From contig JBBPEB010000006.1 in NCBI GenBank assembly GCA_039096225.1, forward strand, positions 930,001-994,000: 64,000 nucleotides of DNA. Reading direction: 5' to 3'. The notes below the pieces were generated by a model. That model had not been told where the DNA came from. It did no database searches and was given only the letters and a program-made list of their open reading frames with translations. Positions 28,917-48,633 of this stretch are shown piece after piece. The stretch comes from Blastocystis sp. Blastoise (lineage: Eukaryota; Protista; Bigyra: Opalinata). The position numbers and the translations under genes were made by a program. How positions within the stretch are numbered: the stretch's first letter is position 1; each line of letters starts with the position of its first letter.

Positions 28917-30541
28917 TTATATAAACTTATTAAAGAATTTATTGGGTTTAAGTTCATCGAAATGTATACGTGAGTTATATATATATTTAAAGGCTTCGTA
29001 GGGATCTGTCATCTTCACATCTTCTAATAGAGAAGGAGCGTATGCCTAGAAGAATATATATATATATATATATATATATTAATAAACGATATATATATAT
29101 ATTAATAAACAATATATATATATATATATATTAATAAACAATATATATATATATTAATAAACAATATATATATATTAATAAACAATATATATATATATAT
29201 ATATATATATTAATAAACGATATATATATATATTAATAAACAATATATATATACCCTAAAGAATGGATTATGAAGAATTTCATTTTTAAGACAGGTGGGA
29301 GTTGTAGGTCTAGAAAAATAATCACGGGAATTATGATGATTAAGAAAAATAATAAATATTAAATAAGAAAAATTTATATTGAATAAACATGATATTCAGT
29401 GTATAAATATATAAGTGCTAATTATATGATTATAATCAGTATATATACCTTGCTTTTTGAAGTTGTTTTTTAAGCCAGAATTTTCTATCTCTGAGTATTT
29501 TAATATTACTGGGTTCAATAAACTTAGAGAATGCGAGAGAACGATAGGTCATTTCATGACCATAAAATATAGAGGTTTCTATAGGGTAGGAAGAAAGAGT
29601 GGAGTATCTATATATAGATATATATGTAAGCAAAGAAAATTAATATCAATATATAGATATATTCAATTAATATTATATATATAATAAACAGTATATATAT
29701 ATATAAACATAAGAGAATATGATTTATCTATACATAAAATCAAAAAGTAGTTTTTCTTTTCCTTCAACTAGGTTTCCTGTAGAAGCGAAGCATATCGAAT
29801 CTCCCGTGAATAAAATAGGAGCCATATCTTTAGGGTTGAGTTCATAGAGGAGACTTTCAGGGGAGTGATAAGAGGCGTCATGGATTTTGAAGTGAAAACC
29901 GTGAATATCAATTTCTTGACCTGATTTCACTTCATCCGTTAATGTTGATTGTAACTAGATATTTATTAATATAGTAATAACGATAAGATAAGTATTATTA
30001 AGAATAATAAGTATGATATACATCATAATTATACTAAAAATAGTGTTATTATGAATACTATTAATGATATAATGAATGAATAATAATAAATAACAATAGT
30101 ATAATAACAAATAACAATAGTATAATAATAAATATAATGAATATAAAAATCATAATGAACATAATAAAATAACGACAATAATGAACATAACAAAAATACT
30201 GCTTCACAATTGGGTCCATAGAAATGTAATTTAGGAAAAGCTTCTTTGATCTTTTCATTTCCTAAACAATGATTTTTATGACCATGCGTATTCAGGACAC
30301 CTACTAGTTCACACTGTTGCTTGTCTACTGCTTGTAAAGTAACTTGAGCATCACCGGGATCAACAATAAAACAAGTTAAGTTAGCCTGATTAACAACCAC
30401 ATAAGTATAATTATCATGTAAACAAGGGATCGTCACGACTTTGACGTGATCATTTAATTGATTATTAATTACTGAATGATATTGCTTTGCAAATAAGGAC
30501 GCATTCTTAAGAATACGAGTCGAACAAATTCTCGTAAGCAT
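28917..30541 (-). CDS. Glyoxalase II (hydroxyacylglutathione hydrolase)-like metallo-beta-lactamase protein, organelle-targeted, divergent
   Basis: IPCLHDNYTY, IVDPGDA, LNTHGHKNHCLGN, LFTGDSIC, FYGHEM, NPFFR. Arg/Ser-rich, acid-free N-terminus. Confidence 0.82.
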
Positions 30542-30792
30542 TGAATATAGATCAATTTATGATATAATAGAAGAATATTCTTTTGTAAACTTTTTGTTTT
30601 TTTCTATTAAGAACTGAATATTGTTTAAGCGAGAATCAGTTTTTATAAAAAAATTCTTAAATTGGGGGGAAAATGAAACAATTGTATTTTGATTAATTAA
30701 TTATTAATCTTATTGTTAACTATAAAATTTAGTATAACATTTTATTGAGCATGATCAAGAAATTAAAAGTTATATAAATATAGATTATTCAA

Positions 30793-32552
30793 ATGGAATC
30801 ATTTAAAGAGCGAATGCAAAAGCGTCAGGAAGAGCTACGTCTGAAGCGTGAAACTTATCAGAAAGAGATGGAAGAAACAAAGAATAAAGAGGAAAGCACT
30901 GAATACTTTCAAAAACAGTTCAATCACATGGTAGAAAGTATTTTTTAATGTTTTTATTTGTTTAGTATCTTTTTATAGATATACAAGCATCGTTCAATGA
31001 TATAAGAACGAGAAACATAAAGGATAAGGATCAATTGAAGGATCTGAATGAGTTGGTTTCGAAAACAAGTCAGTATGTTACTGAGAGTTCATATTTTTTA
31101 ACTTCATTTGATCATTCTCAATCTATAAAAGTACGAGCATTTATGTTAAATTATTAGAACTATTATAGATATTACAAGATTTATCGACAGATATAGCGAA
31201 TTATTCGAATTCTCTTTTTCAAAAAAAATTCAGTTTTGGATCTCTTCATAATAATATAAGTAATTCTACAAGAATTTCTATATCTGAGTCACCAAAAACA
31301 TATACAAATAAGTATAATTTTAATCATTTTAAATTATTTATTATTATTATGTTTGTTGTATATAGTTCGAAAGTGTCTAATGATGATAAAGGTATATAAT
31401 AATAAGATAATAATAATAATAAGATTGATAATAATATTATGAATAATAATATTATTATTATCTCAGATAATAATAAATATAATAATAAGATAATAATAAT
31501 AATAAGATTGATAATAATATTATGAATAATAATATTATTATTATCTCAGATAATAGTAATATAATAATAAGTATAATAATAAGTATAATAATATCTCAGA
31601 TAATAATAATGATACTATTTTCAGTAGAAACCCATGAACCTGTGTTAGAAAAGCAAGTTATTCGCGGTTATACAAAGGATCAAGATATGTATTTGAAAAA
31701 CTTGGAGAATTCATATATTAACATGTATATATATATAGAAGACTATTATTTTGATCTCTTTTTTTCTCTATTTCTTCTATATATATAATAATATATTTCT
31801 TTTTCTTTTCTTCAATAAATATAATAGATATATATAGAAAAGAGGAGTTGTTGTCAGCAACACTTACTGCTGTTAATAGCAGTATCATCTTTCTACATAA
31901 TATCAATGGAAGTATATATATAGAGAACTGTCATAATTCTATATTCATTATACGTGGACGACAAGTATATATATATATATATATATATAACAAATTTGAT
32001 ATTGAATATCATTTTCATCCTTTTTCTTTAATATATTCTCTTTATTATTGTGATACTCTATAGTTGCGTATTCATGACTCTTCTTCCCTCTTCTTCTCCT
32101 TATATATGATTAATGGACCGATATTTGAAAATTGTAACGATTTTCATTTTGTGCCCTTCCCTCAGAAGCTTCTTTCTCTATATCATGACTGCGTATATAT
32201 ATATATTATTTTATTTTATTATTTATTTTATTTTGTTTTATTATATATTTTATTATTCTCTTAAAATAATAATAAATTATAATAATAAATCATAATAATA
32301 ATATATATATAGCTATCTGAATTACCCAATCATTTTGATGAAATTAAAGATTTCAATTGGTTAAAAACTATACATTCTCCAAATTTCTCAAGTGCTTCGT
32401 CTTCATCATTAGATTCTCTTTCATCTTCTATGTTCTCGAATAATTCTATATCTAATAAAGATATTCAAAACATCACAACAACTATTATTCACAATGAAGA
32501 ACTCATTCTTGAACAAGTAAAACTCTTCTTAGCAATTCTATACTGCGAATAA
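30793..32552 (+). CDS. TBCC: Tubulin-specific chaperone C (cofactor C)
   Basis: Coiled N-terminus; FLTSFD...KFSF; beta-helix GSIYIENCHNS...GRQ|LRIHDS...GPIFENC...HFVPF; EIKDFNWLK...SPNF. Confidence 0.88.
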
Positions 32553-33168
32553 ATGAAATTATGTTTTTATTAATTAAATATTTAGTTTTCTAAGTTATTT
32601 AAAATGATTATATTTATTTTTTAGTAAATTGATTCGTTTGTAATTTTTCCACTGTTTGTGTATGTAAATCCATTTCTATCTTACCGCATGGTAATTAATA
32701 GGATGCTTTTATGTATCATATCTTGACAAAACCAAAACAATGAATAAGTGTCAATTGCAGATTATTTAAATAATCATATGCCTTATTAAATATCTAATCA
32801 ATTCGAATAAGGATATAAGTCATCAATATTTATATGAATTAAAAAACATAATATATACTGTTTTGAATCAGAAAGACAGTTTGTACCTTTTTTTCAGCAA
32901 GATTAAAATAAAAATTGTGGAAAAAATGATCGTTTCTCTATAAAATGAATACTATTCCCAGAAGTATCGTCTGAAACGATGCTTAAAACGAAACAAATAG
33001 TATACACGTCATACTTTTTATTGAAGAGTTCTAAGTTTACTTATAATCAATTCTTTTAAAGAGTAGTAGTACAATATTACAAGGATTCTCTTTTTAAAGA
33101 AAGTGGTTCTTCTGTTGTTTAACATTTTTTTCACGTAACTCTACATTGTATCGATTTCTTTCTTTGAT

Positions 33169-37033
<3,865 letters not shown>

Positions 37034-37493
37034 AATAATTATTATTTGTATATAAACTATATTTTTATACATATATATTAATTTCTTATAGAAATACTGA
37101 TATATATATTTCTATTAATATATTAACTCTTGCTTATCTCTCCCTTGATGTTTTTTCTATATTATTTATTGATTGCATTAAGTGTTTAAATAGTTCAGCT
37201 CGTTAAGGGAATTATAAATAATAATATTTGTTTTTAACTATTATCTATTATTCATATGAATGTACAAAACAATCAATACTATAAAAAAATATTTCATTTA
37301 AACATAACTGAAAATTAAAACAAAAAATAAATGAAAATAATAATAAGATACAAAAAAATTAAATAATAATAACAAAAAAAAATGAGAGTCTATGTTAATA
37401 AAATGGTTTTCAAAATTATTTATTTTTCAATGAAAATAGAAAGAAATAATCATATAGAAAACATTGAAGAATAAATAATATCTAAATCACGAC

Positions 37494-38839
37494 TTAAAGA
37501 TTGCATAATTCAACCATATCTTCATATTGTTTTATCTTATGATAAACAGTATAATTAGATAAAGCGATAGGAATTCGTTTAAAATGGCGCATATTAATTT
37601 CAATTGAGAAATCAGGAAATTGTGTTATTCCAGTTCGACTAGATAAAGAATACCATCCAAGCATAACATCATCGAAATGGGATATCTTTTGAATTTGTCG
37701 AAAAAGGTTAACATGGTTTGTAACTACATCTCTTGACATTAATATAGTATAACCAACAATAAATCTAAAAGCATGGGGGAAAATTGACTTGTCAGCACTC
37801 ATATATCTTGTTTGATAATTATATAAAGGAACAAATTTCATATCAGTTCCAGTATACAAATTTATGGAAGGTAAGGTGGGTAAAGAAGAAACAAGTTTAT
37901 TAATATTAAGACAGCAATCATCATCTAATATCATAAAATAATTTGGTTTCTTTGAAAGGAGTACAAATAAATCTTCAACAATCATATCTTTTAATGTGAC
38001 ATTTGTAAATGTATCTACAATGTTTTCTACTATTAAATCATTATATCGTTCTTGTTCTTTCGTGATATTAGGAGAAAGCATCATTTTCTGTTGAGGAATA
38101 GCAATAACATAGTAAATTTGAATTGTAAAGTTCGAAAACATTTTATGAGATAATGATGTTCTTCTAAGAAGTTCACGAATCTTATAGTTTTTCTCACTTG
38201 ATTTTACAAAGATGACCATATCATATAAATCAAATAAATCATGAATATCATCGACTTTAGGAAGTGAATAAAATGTAAAATATAGATTACTTGGAATAGT
38301 ATAATACTTTGTTAAAAATGTAGTTTCATTTTTATTCAAACCAGCTTGAGGATTTCGAACTTGATAATAATACTGGACATCTGAGTATGATGTTGTTGAA
38401 TTTAAATGAATAATCTTTTCATAGAAATAGTCTTTAGAAACTAATGATGTTGGTAGAAAACAGATCTTACCATAAAGTGGTGAAGGGAGTTCAAGATCAC
38501 GTTTCACACCTATTGATCGTTTCGTTGTTGCTATTGCCTATAAGATTTAGATATGCTATAGTTGATCGTTATATATAAAAAATAAAAAGAATATAAACAA
38601 GAGAAAATAAGATAAATTGTGACTTATAAGACAGAATACGAATAATTGAAAATACTTTTGCTTTGTTGATCAGGTCAATAGAATATCTTTGTGTATATCC
38701 TACTAAAGAATATCGATATACTCTTATATAGACAAACGAAATTACTGTTAAACATTTTGTTAATGTTTAGTATGCATGCTTGGAATATAACACACAGAAT
38801 AGGGACAACGAAGAGAAATAATACAATTTTATATATCAT
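37494..38839 (-). CDS. GT31-family beta-1,3-galactosyltransferase-like type II membrane protein
   Basis: VIFVKSS...RELLRRT, EQERYNDLI...DTFTNVTLK, MILDDDCCLN (DxD), FDDVMLG. Hydrophobic N-terminal anchor MIYKIVLFLFVVPILCVIF from c38839; 5' exon structure uncertain. Confidence 0.8.
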
Positions 38840-40181
38840 TTATGTCTATTCAATATGTAAATGGCCACTTTCATTGTGTATAGCAATACAACCAATCATC
38901 AAATTTTCATCATTTTCTAATATGATTTGTTTAATTGGTTATTTATGGAATAAAAATTATTATTTGACCAATAATATTTAAAATCATGGTTTGTCATATA
39001 AACACTCTCGGTGTTTCTGCATTTCTGAAGATTCTTCTTATTTTTGGGAATCTTCTCGATTTCGCAGTAGAGAAAATATCTTATTCAAGAAAATAAATTC
39101 TTACAAAAAATATTGTTGATCCTTTTAACGAAAACTCCTTTAAGGACATAAAACGTTCTTTGGTTTCAAAAAAGTTTTTCTTTTTTTTGGGGATAGAATT
39201 TTGGGAGAAAATTGATCTTGGGATAATTAATGGATGTTAAGAAAGTCTAAATACCTTATCCTAGAAGACAAATTGATCATATTTATTTGGTAATTTTTTT
39301 TGTTTTTTTGCGTCAGTTTTATTATTTTTTCATAATTTCGATTTCATATAATGATTTGCTATTCTTAAATGATGGGAATATATTGATTTTATTTTTATAG
39401 GTAACAAAGGATAATATGTGTTGTTGATATTTAATAAATTAATAACATATTTTAGGGCATGATAAAGATTCATATTTTTCTCTAAGAATTAATTTATTAA
39501 ATTTAGAACTATCAACATGTAGAATGACATCCTCTTAACTGTTTTAATGGCAACGGCTTTTATATCGAATATTTCTGTGATTTGTTAAACTCTTGAAAAA
39601 TTATTTTTGAATATTGTGAAAGATATATGTGGTTAGAAACATATATAAAATACAAGATTCAAGTTATTATTTAAGAATTCACTAGCATACGATTTCAATT
39701 CGATTGAATACAATTTATAAAAAATAGTTGATATACTCTTTTTGAATAAGTTTATTAAGTTGACATAATTAAATGAATAGCAATAATGATTTTTAATGAG
39801 TATCTTGATAATTCTTTAAGTAAAAGAGAGCAATTTTTATAAGAGAATGAATAATTTTTCTTTTTGATAGTATTCTTTAAATATAATGCTATAATAAAAA
39901 TAAAAGAAGAAATTATAAACATAGAGAAGTAAACGCATATTTTGAGTATAAAGAAAACAAATAAATAACACATAAAAAAGAGAAGAAAGAGAAAAGATAA
40001 ACAATAAAAAGTAAGAATGGAAAAGTTCTAAAAAGAAATAAATAGAAATATATATATTTATTTATATATGATAAATAACAATAAAAATAAGAAATTTAGA
40101 AACATCGCAAAAATAAAATTTATATACGTATAAATATTTTTTGTTTTTTCTTTATATAAAGAGTTGCTTGTAAAAGGATTC

Positions 40182-40377
40182 TTATTCTTCATGTTTTTTG
40201 TCTTTATGATGGTGTTTCTTTTCTTTCTTTTCTTTATGATGATGCTTCTTTTCTTTCTTTTCTTCTATACATAATATAGTAGTTAAAATATATAAAGAAG
40301 ACTCATTTATATATATATATACTTTCTTCATCATTTGATACGGGACTATATAAACCTTTCATTCCAAACATATCATC

Positions 40378-40445
<68 letters not shown>

Positions 40446-41242
40446 TATATATATACCAGACATAGGAGTAAGGTCGCCAACATTCACTTTTCCAAAAATG
40501 ACATTTTTATCTTCTTCACTATATCCCTGAACATTCTTATTACGAAGAAATCTGGAATACCTAGATTAATATCATTATTAATATAAATGATCCATAGACT
40601 AATAAATTATATATATACTATAATAATAATAAATATATACTTATGTCTAACAACACATGGTTTTTCTTTATTTTCTTCTTCTTTATTATTCTTATGATGA
40701 TGATGACCATGTTTCTTTGATTTCTTTTCGACATCCAAAGTCTTCTTCACTGTAGCTATATATAATAATAATGTTTATAAACATAATAATAATAAGTATA
40801 ATAAAAAATAAAAAATAAACAACAATAATAACTTACATTGATAAGCATTAGAAAGATTCTTTAAAACATCATCAAATCCAGCGATAGTAGTCAGAAATCC
40901 AGCATTGGCAAGATCACCTTCAAAGTTACCCAAACCTAAAAAAACATATTCATAAAAAAAAACAACTATAAATCAAATTATTAAATCTATACTATATTGT
41001 ATTTATGAATAAAAAATACAGACAAACCATAAATATATTCAAAATAATAATATACCAAGATTCTCTTGACGAACAGCAGCTCTAATGTGTGTAGTAGTAC
41101 CAGTTCCATCTTTACCTAATCCTTCACCTTCTTTCCATCCCATTTGTTTCATCATTTTAAATCCAAAAGACTTATCGGCATTTTTCAACCAAGCTTTGTT
41201 CTGAGTACCACCCAAAGACATTAAAACTTGCTCAGCAGACAT
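40182..41242 (-). CDS. G-patch protein PinX1/Pxr1(Gno1)-like
   Basis: NKAW...SFGFKMMKQMGWKEGEGLGKDGTG...HIR...NL|GLG...FDDVLKNL; C-terminal KKE/KKHHH repeats. Confidence 0.8.
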
Positions 41243-41545
41243 AATTCCTAAATACACTTTATAACGATAGAAATACTCCTTTATTAAAATTGCTGATTTG
41301 TTTATTAGCCACTTTTCTTCACTGGTTTTTTATATTCCATTACTAATAAAACAAAAATAATCATGATTATAGACTTACTCTTTCTTTAGACAGAAAGTAT
41401 AATCCCGTGAATTTCTCGTTATGAATACTGCGAATTCAAAAATATTCATAAATTTATATTATTTTTCTGAAAACAGTTTTAAAAGAATATTAATAAATTT
41501 GTTTATTGATTCCTTATTTCATATTTCCAGATTTAATTATATAGA

Positions 41546-41825
41546 ATGCGTAGAGAAGCTCTCCCTGAACTTACTAGATATTTAGAAAAGAACGTTTCTA
41601 TTAAACTCAATGCTAATCGTCAAGTTAGTGGAAAACTTCGTGGTTTTGATGCTTATATGAATATTGTATTAGAATCTGCTATTGAAGAAGTCTCTCCAAC
41701 TGAAAGACATCCTATGGATACTGTTGTATGTTTTTTCATTTAAAAATCAATATTTATTATTCTTTCTCTAGGTTGTTCGTGGTGCAAGTGTAATTCAAAT
41801 GGAATGTCTTGATCCTTTAAATTAA
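41546..41825 (+). CDS. SNRPG: snRNP core protein SmG
   Basis: PELTRYLEKNVSIKLNANRQVSGKLRGFDAYMNIVLE...|VVRGASVIQMECL. One intron. Confidence 0.92.
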
Positions 41826-43138
41826 TTTTTGTTGTATTTAATTATCTGTTTCTTCTTCTTTTTTTAATCTATTGCATTGTTGTAGGTTTTTAACAATTTT
41901 AAATATTTGTCTTTAGTTCAATAATATTAAAAAAATCAATCTATGATGAAAATCAAGATAATGAACAAATTAATTCTCTTTTTTAATAATAATTCTTTCT
42001 ACGATTAATACAACATCATATTGAATACATTTATGGATACATTATTCATTAAACATTCTTTTTAGATAAACTACTTTATTTGTCTTATTCTTACATAGTA
42101 ATATCATTATATTAAGCATTAATTACTATTTGATAGATTTAAATAAACGAAAACATTATTATGAGGCTAACAGTACACATAATATGCATTTATATATAAC
42201 ACTGAATTTAGTCTATATATATATATTATATATTATCATTTACAAAGCAAAGATTATGTAGTAGAATTATAAAAAAATAAAATGAAATAATTATCTTTTT
42301 TTTTATATATTTGTAAGATAGTATAAATAGTACAATCATATAATAGAATCTATACGTTTAATATAGTTTTATGAAGAAGAAACTCGGTAGCAATAAATAT
42401 ATGATAAAAGATAATCTTTAAATAAATGAAAACACTTAGAATTGCTGAAAATAAAATAAAAGAAAGAAAGGAGTATACATTCGTTACAATTATTTTGTTT
42501 TTTTTCCATAAAAGAGTTCATTCTTGATCCAACAATCAAGCAACTAGGAACAAATACAAATCATGAAGAGATCCTAGGGCTTCTCTGTAGTCAAAATGAA
42601 CTTTTTATTTTTTTTTGTATCAGGAAATATCACATTTCAATAATCAGTTAAGAATTATTTCATGAAATAGAAGCAATGAATTTACAATTAATACATCAAT
42701 TGTTTTGGCCTTCGAGATTACTTTTTAATAATTCATATCTGACTTTTTTCATAAGTTTAAAATAAGTTTTTCTTCAAATACATATGAAAAATATGAATTT
42801 TATATACTACTAGAATAGAATTAAGATGAAACAAGATATAAATAAAAGAAAAACAAAAAATAATGAACACATTTCAGTCAATTTCAGTTTCTATATTTTC
42901 ATAAAAATTACTGGATATATGCTGATAATTTGATTTTTTCCTCAAAAATAACTTTAGAAAAAGAGGAAGAAAAAAAATTAAAATAGCTGTTTCTTTTTCT
43001 TGACAGATTTTATTTTGGAATTGTTTATATTAAACATATGAGTAATAGAGATAAATATGATTTATGTATGATGAGTATACATATATGTATTAGTGGTATA
43101 TAGCAAATGTATCGAGTTCTTTTAATCCAGCAAATAGC

Positions 43139-43550
43139 ATGAGTGACTTGTTGAATCGATTTAAGCAGAGTCATTCCGGATATCTAAAACAGCAAATGAG
43201 ACGTAGAAACACTATTGTTTATAAGGATGTCTACTGTGAAGTCCAAGTAAATTTGCTTTATCCATATATTTTCAGAATAATATAATTCAAATATGCATAT
43301 CATGATTTATATTATGCAAATATGATATATATGTTATATATAGAATGATACGCTAACAGTTTATGAAGATGAAGATGAACGAGACGAAATTTGTTCTATT
43401 AGATTCATCGATGTTGATCAAATCACACATAATGTATATAAGTTATTTATTTAATTAATTAATATATATTTTAGAAATCTGAAGGTTTCTTTGATTTGTT
43501 GTTAAATGATGGTGATGACGAACGTTTTTATACTGAAAATGATAATGACG

Positions 43551-43583
<33 letters not shown>

Positions 43584-45893
43584 ATATGAATATATCAGTG
43601 TTTCATGTATTTAGCTGAAGAATCGTTTATTATATATATAAATAGTTGACATAATATTTGATTATATTTTTTTTCTTAAAATACTAGTTTTTCTTTTTCT
43701 TCTTATTATAATTATGATTATATTTATGAATCTAATTCGATAATAATTCTTTTAGTTATCTAATTGGCTGATAGCCATGCAAGGAGGACGTAGTTATGCG
43801 AAAACATATCAAGATAAGAAGAAACGAGTATATATCTATAATGAATACTGATTATTATTATGTATAATGTTTACTAATATTATTATTATTATCATTATTG
43901 TTTTGATTATGAATAGAAAAGTTATTATTCTCGTGATGCAGACTTAAGTATCCCTTTAGAAATCGACTGTATATATTATTATTATTCTATAGATATTTAA
44001 TATTCTATATATATTATTAATATTATATATACACTATTTTTTTATTATTATGTCTATATTTAATATTATGTATTTTCTTTTTAATATTCTATATATGACA
44101 TAGTATTATATATATATATATAGCGGATATAGAAGAAGAGGAGGGTATGAATATCGACAGTCCTCATCCTCCTTTATTTGATTCTATAAATAATTACGGG
44201 GATTCCTTGTTACCGATTGCTTATGATGATTTTTATCGGTTGATTGATAGTGACTCTGACGGGATGGAATATGATCTCTCTTGGGATGGTGATGATAGTG
44301 AAGATGAAAATGATAAAGAAATGAACGAAAGTATATAGAATAAGTTTTAATAATATGTATAATAATAATAAATATAATAAGTATTATATATATAGTTAAT
44401 AATATTATATACGATTTGCAGTCACGTGAGATCTCCCTCGATGACACAGAGTCGTTCGGAACTGACTACTTTGGTGTTTGTGCTTCTAGAGTATCTATTA
44501 TCTATTATTATTATTATTATTTTTTGATGTATATTTATTATATATATATATGTATATATATACTACTACTTCATTCTAAAGAATGTTCCATCGCATATGG
44601 AGGATACGTTCGTTTGTGAACCGAATTTAACGCAACGATTGAAGGATTATCAAGAAGAACGCAATGTTCATAAAGAACTACCAAGTCGAGTTGTATATAT
44701 ATATTATTATGATTATTTATTATTATTATTGTTTATTATTATTGTTTATTATTATTATTGTTTATTATTATTATTGTTTATTATTATTATTATTATACAT
44801 ATATTTATATTATACTACTATATAGGCCGAATGGTCCAGTTACGCGAATCAGCCTACTCAGCGGTTTACTGCACTTTTTGCTATGTATATATATATACAT
44901 ATATATATATCTATATTATATATATATATTATATATATATTATATATATACATATATTATATATATTATATATATTATGTGTATAAATATAAATATAGTT
45001 TTGATGGTCATGGCGGGAAAGGATGTAGTACATTTTGCCGGGAACACTTGGTAGAAACATTCGCTGAAGTATATGACAATCAAAAGGGAAATCTTAATGG
45101 GTATATATATAAGTTTTATTATTATATATATATATCGTTTTTAATATTATTATATATATATATCGTTTTTAATATTATTATTATAAATATCGTTTTTAAT
45201 ATTATTATTATATATATGTTTTATTATTATTATATATATGTTTTATTATTATTATATATAGGAAAACAATAATGAAATCGTTATTTTCGTCTTTAGAGCA
45301 GAAAGTGGAACAGATGTGCTTACAACAGGGGTGCCTAGATGGAACCACGGGTATATATACATATATATACATATATATATACATACTATTATATATATAC
45401 TATATATATATATAGCTACTATTTGTTTAATTGATAATAACTTTTTATTTATTGGAAATGTTGGAGATAGCGAAGGATATTTATATAATGATGGTAAAGC
45501 TATTGAATTGACTGAAATTCATAATATGGATAACCGCGGGGAAAGAGATCGTATTGAACGAGCTGGAGGATGGATACGAATCTGTAAAGATTCTCGTAAC
45601 AGTCGTAAAGGATCCCTTTCTGGTTCCAGCTCCCTCTCGTCCTCCTCGTATACATCTATTGATAAGGGGTATATTAATGGATGCTTATTGGTGTCTCGCA
45701 GTCTGGGAGACATTGGCAACAAAATGATTGGATATCAGTACAATAATAACCTTGCCTGGCCCAATAGCATGAGAGAACGAGAGGGAATTGAGGGATTTAA
45801 GGGTGACGTCATCTCCTCCGTACCTTATATTAAGTATATATTAATATTTATGGTAATAATAATATTTATAATAATAATATTAATAATAATATT

Positions 45894-45967
<74 letters not shown>

Positions 45968-46433
45968 TAGTATTTATAATAATAATAAATATAAACATAA
46001 TAAACATATTCATACTCTATAGAAAAGAGAAAAAGGAATGCGACTGTATTCTTCTCGCTTCTGACGGCCTCTGGGATGTTATTGATCCTGGATTCTGTCT
46101 GAAATTAGCTAAAAAACTATTCAGCATCTATAATAATCCGGAGGTATATATATGAATATTATATATGCCTATGTTTATAAATAATGATTATTATATATAT
46201 AATAAATAGTTTTATTTTAGAATAATTATATTGTATATTCATAATAAATAGTTTTCTTTATAAATAATTAGTATTATATATAATTCATATAATTATTTGT
46301 TATTTCGTAGATGGTGTGCCTCCGATTGGTCTATTATGTGACACATATATTGCATAGTGATGACAACGTCACCGTCATCTTTATCACTATCCCCGGACTC
46401 AAACGAAATAAAAGCATGATTTTTCCTTATTAA
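43139..46433 (+). CDS. PP2C/PPM protein phosphatase with N-terminal PH domain
   Basis: PH-like HSGYLKQ...VYCEVQNDTLTVYEDE...RFYTENDNDLSNWLIAM; PP2C motifs MEDT, FDGHGG, GTTA, GNVGDS, VSRSLGD, LASDGLWDV, SDDNVT. Confidence 0.82.
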
Positions 46434-47217
46434 ATACATTTATATATATATATAATTCTTTTTTTCTTTATTATATATATATATATATATAAATTCATGC
46501 TTTTTAAAAATAAATACCACGTAATTCTAGATATATATCTATTATATACTACTCATTATATATATATATGTATCTTTTTTCTATGTTATATATATATATA
46601 TATATATATAGATCCATCTTTTTATTATTATTGTAATATTTTAGTTGCTTTGCCACTGTATATATATATGCAATGTTTTTTTCATGTTTTTCATGCTGTT
46701 TTGTTGGTTTCCAAATGAATTTAGAATAAAAAACAAAAATTATTTACAAAAGAAAAACTCCACAAAATATGTCGCATATCAGGAATTCATTATCTTTCAT
46801 AAATGTATACTGAATCGCCAATTTTATAAGCAATCACAATCTTACATAGAATCTTTTGTATGTTTTTCATACTGTACCAGAATGATGACCATACACAGAA
46901 AAAATATATTTTAATATTTAACAAAAGCATAAAGTTTCCATAAATTTAAAAAAAAGACTCAAAAAAAGGAGTTGACAGAAAAGACTTTCACAATTCTAAT
47001 CATAAGAAAATATCATAAATCCCGCAAAACCATGAATATTACCGCGAATATTTTTTCCAGAATATCTGTGTCTCTTAAAGTGGAACTGAAAACTCACTTC
47101 GAGTTTAGTGTTTGAAAAAAATCTTTTAAATTTCTCTATAATTCATCACGAAAAATACCTTCAAGTATTTTTTTTCTTCTTTTCATTATATTAGAACACT
47201 ATTAATCTATATTAGCA

Positions 47218-48598
47218 ATGGAAATGATCAATGATAATAAACAATCTCCTACTGATCAACAGAATTTTGATATCAAGGATCTGAATAAAATATGCAATCC
47301 ACCAGAAGGATTTGTTGAAGAAATCAGTGATTTTAATAGTCAACAAAGCCAGTTAAACCAGAAAACAGATCTAAATGATACAGCTCTTGATTACAGAGAG
47401 AGTTTAAAAGCTACTTATGACGATGTACATAGAATTATTAATATTTTTACGAATCTAAACTATATAACTATCTTACTTTCAATTATAGTGGCTAGGAGAG
47501 ACTCGTGATGCACTTATAGACGAAATGCTAAAGTTAGAAGAACCAAGATTCTCTATTTCTATGGTCGAATATATACAATCAGTATATATTTTTATTTCTA
47601 TTTTTATTTTTTGTTTCTATATATATGATTTTTATTATATATATATATATATATGAATTTTTTATTATAACATATTTTTGTTTTGTATATGTGACTTTAT
47701 AAATATACATATATATAATGTTATATGTATATATATATATAGAAAAATGTGCTTAATGCCTTATTGTATTTCTTACTTCATGAAAAAAATGATAATGGTA
47801 TCTATTAATAGTTATATTCTATATTTAAATAATATCTATTTTATCATAAATATATAGAACAGTTAGAAGCTAAAATCATAGAAAACTCACAAAAAGTCTC
47901 TGTATATATATATAGTTTATTATTTCTAAACAGTAATTTGAGATAATTATATTTTTATTATTAATATATATATATAGTATTTTCTTAGTTCTTCTGTAGA
48001 GAGTGCTCGATTATTATTAGAATCAGAAGGAGATTATATTATTACCACATTACTTGATGTATATATATACTATAATTATTATTAAATAGCATTATCTTAT
48101 ATATATATATATCATTATTTTTATTTTAAATATTTTCTATATATATATATGTATGTATATATCCCCTATATTTAGCGTCTTTGTCTTCCCTCCCCTTCGC
48201 CGTCTATTTACCATATCGTGGGTGTATTGACGTTCTTTATTGAAGTGGATCCCAATCATACTCTTCCTTATGTGACCAAATTACATGTATATATATATAT
48301 ATATATATTATTATTATTATTTATTATTATATATAATAATATTATTATATATATATTATATATATATAATACTTAGAATAAATAATAATACTATTCTATA
48401 TATATAGTTATCTCATTTATTATCGTTACTCCCTCTGGGGGTTATTCATGATTTTATTCTTTTATTATATGTATATCCCTCAATTGAAGATGATTCTACT
48501 GGATATAAATATAACGTAAGTGATAAAATATTAGAGAATTATATAAATAAATTGGTTGATATAAATATAATTAAATTACTCACAGTCCGGTTTACATC

Positions 48599-48633
<35 letters not shown>

